Shown piece by piece: positions 63,543 through 64,000 of a DNA stretch of 64,000 bases; the stretch's first letter is position 1, and every line of letters begins with the position of its first letter. The notes below the pieces were generated by a model. It saw only the letters and a list, made by a program, of their open reading frames with translations, searched no databases and was not told the origin of the DNA. Made by a program: the position numbers and the translations under genes. Where the stretch lies: contig NW_026250433.1 of the NCBI RefSeq assembly GCF_024521635.1, forward strand, positions 62,001 to 126,000, given 5' to 3'. The stretch comes from Tricharina praecox. Its lineage: Eukaryota.

Positions 63543-64000
63543 TCAGAAAGCCACCACCACTGCATCTTTCTCCACCTTCTCCACCTCAATCTTCCTCAGC
63601 ACATACTCGGCGGTCAGCCCGCCGCCAATCGCCACGCCCCCCACCGCCCACGAGCACCACTTAAACCACCACCAGCAGTCCTCCACCTTCTTGAAATCCG
63701 CCCTCCTAATCATCCACGCGGTCAACAACGCGGTGCCTCCACAGCTGCCGACGAAAAACGCCGGCCCCATCCCCGAGATTAACCCGGCACCGGCCAGCAG
63801 CGAGATCTGTACCCCGCCCATGCCCGCCAGGAACTTCTTTGTGCGGCCTTCATTCGCGATCGCGGTGCTTTTAACACCGATGCGCTTATCGTCCTGGATA
63901 TCCTGGTGTGCATATACCGTATCGTAGAGGACGGTCCAGGCGACGTTGCTAGCATACAGGCAAGCGGTGGTAGCGGCAACGGTAGGATCCAGCAGGCTCA
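63543..64000 (-). CDS. COQ2: 4-hydroxybenzoate polyprenyltransferase, 3' part (runs off the window)
   Basis: Reading upstream of the track ORF gives LYASNVAWTVLYDTVYAHQDIQDDKRIGVKSTA, the UbiA/Coq2 second Asp-rich motif, followed by CWWWFK. Confidence 0.92.
   Translation of the reverse strand, partial: SLLDPTVAATTACLYASNVAWTVLYDTVYAHQDIQDDKRIGVKSTAIANEGRTKKFLAGMGGVQISLLAGAGLISGMGPAFFVGSCGGTALLTAWMIRRADFKKVEDCWWWFKWCSWAVGGVAIGGGLTAEYVLRKIEVEKVEKDAVVVAF

Overview
Eukaryotic, intron-containing DNA from a filamentous ascomycete (Pezizomycotina, inferred from short GT-AG introns with CTRAC branch points and from gene content). About 14 protein genes can be modelled by hand: PEX11, a PTH11-like membrane protein, a ZIP zinc transporter, an SGNH/Cap64-like protein, a secreted intradiol dioxygenase-like protein, a PTS1-bearing flavocytochrome b2-like enzyme, an Arg/His/Ser-rich disordered protein, a GFA/Mss4-like protein, an M14 carboxypeptidase, a conserved hypothetical protein, ECT1, a Cys-rich surface protein, a MEDS-PAS-TF fusion and the 3' end of COQ2. 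Mobile DNA comprises a frameshifted PIF/Harbinger transposase, a Tourist-like MITE in the PEX11 promoter, a Tc1/mariner-pogo-type non-autonomous element and two copies of a ~35 bp retro-like tail. Positions 1-9.6 kb and 49.7-63.5 kb lack recognisable genes and are rich in microsatellites. The strongest candidate for something new is a two-exon gene (47088-49688, minus strand) joining a prokaryote-type MEDS + coiled coil + PAS sensor module to a fungal transcription-factor middle-homology-like region. It has no kinase or DNA-binding domain and sits behind an ATG-depleted ~1 kb leader and a ~14 kb gene-free region. All domain calls are by eye; no database search was run.
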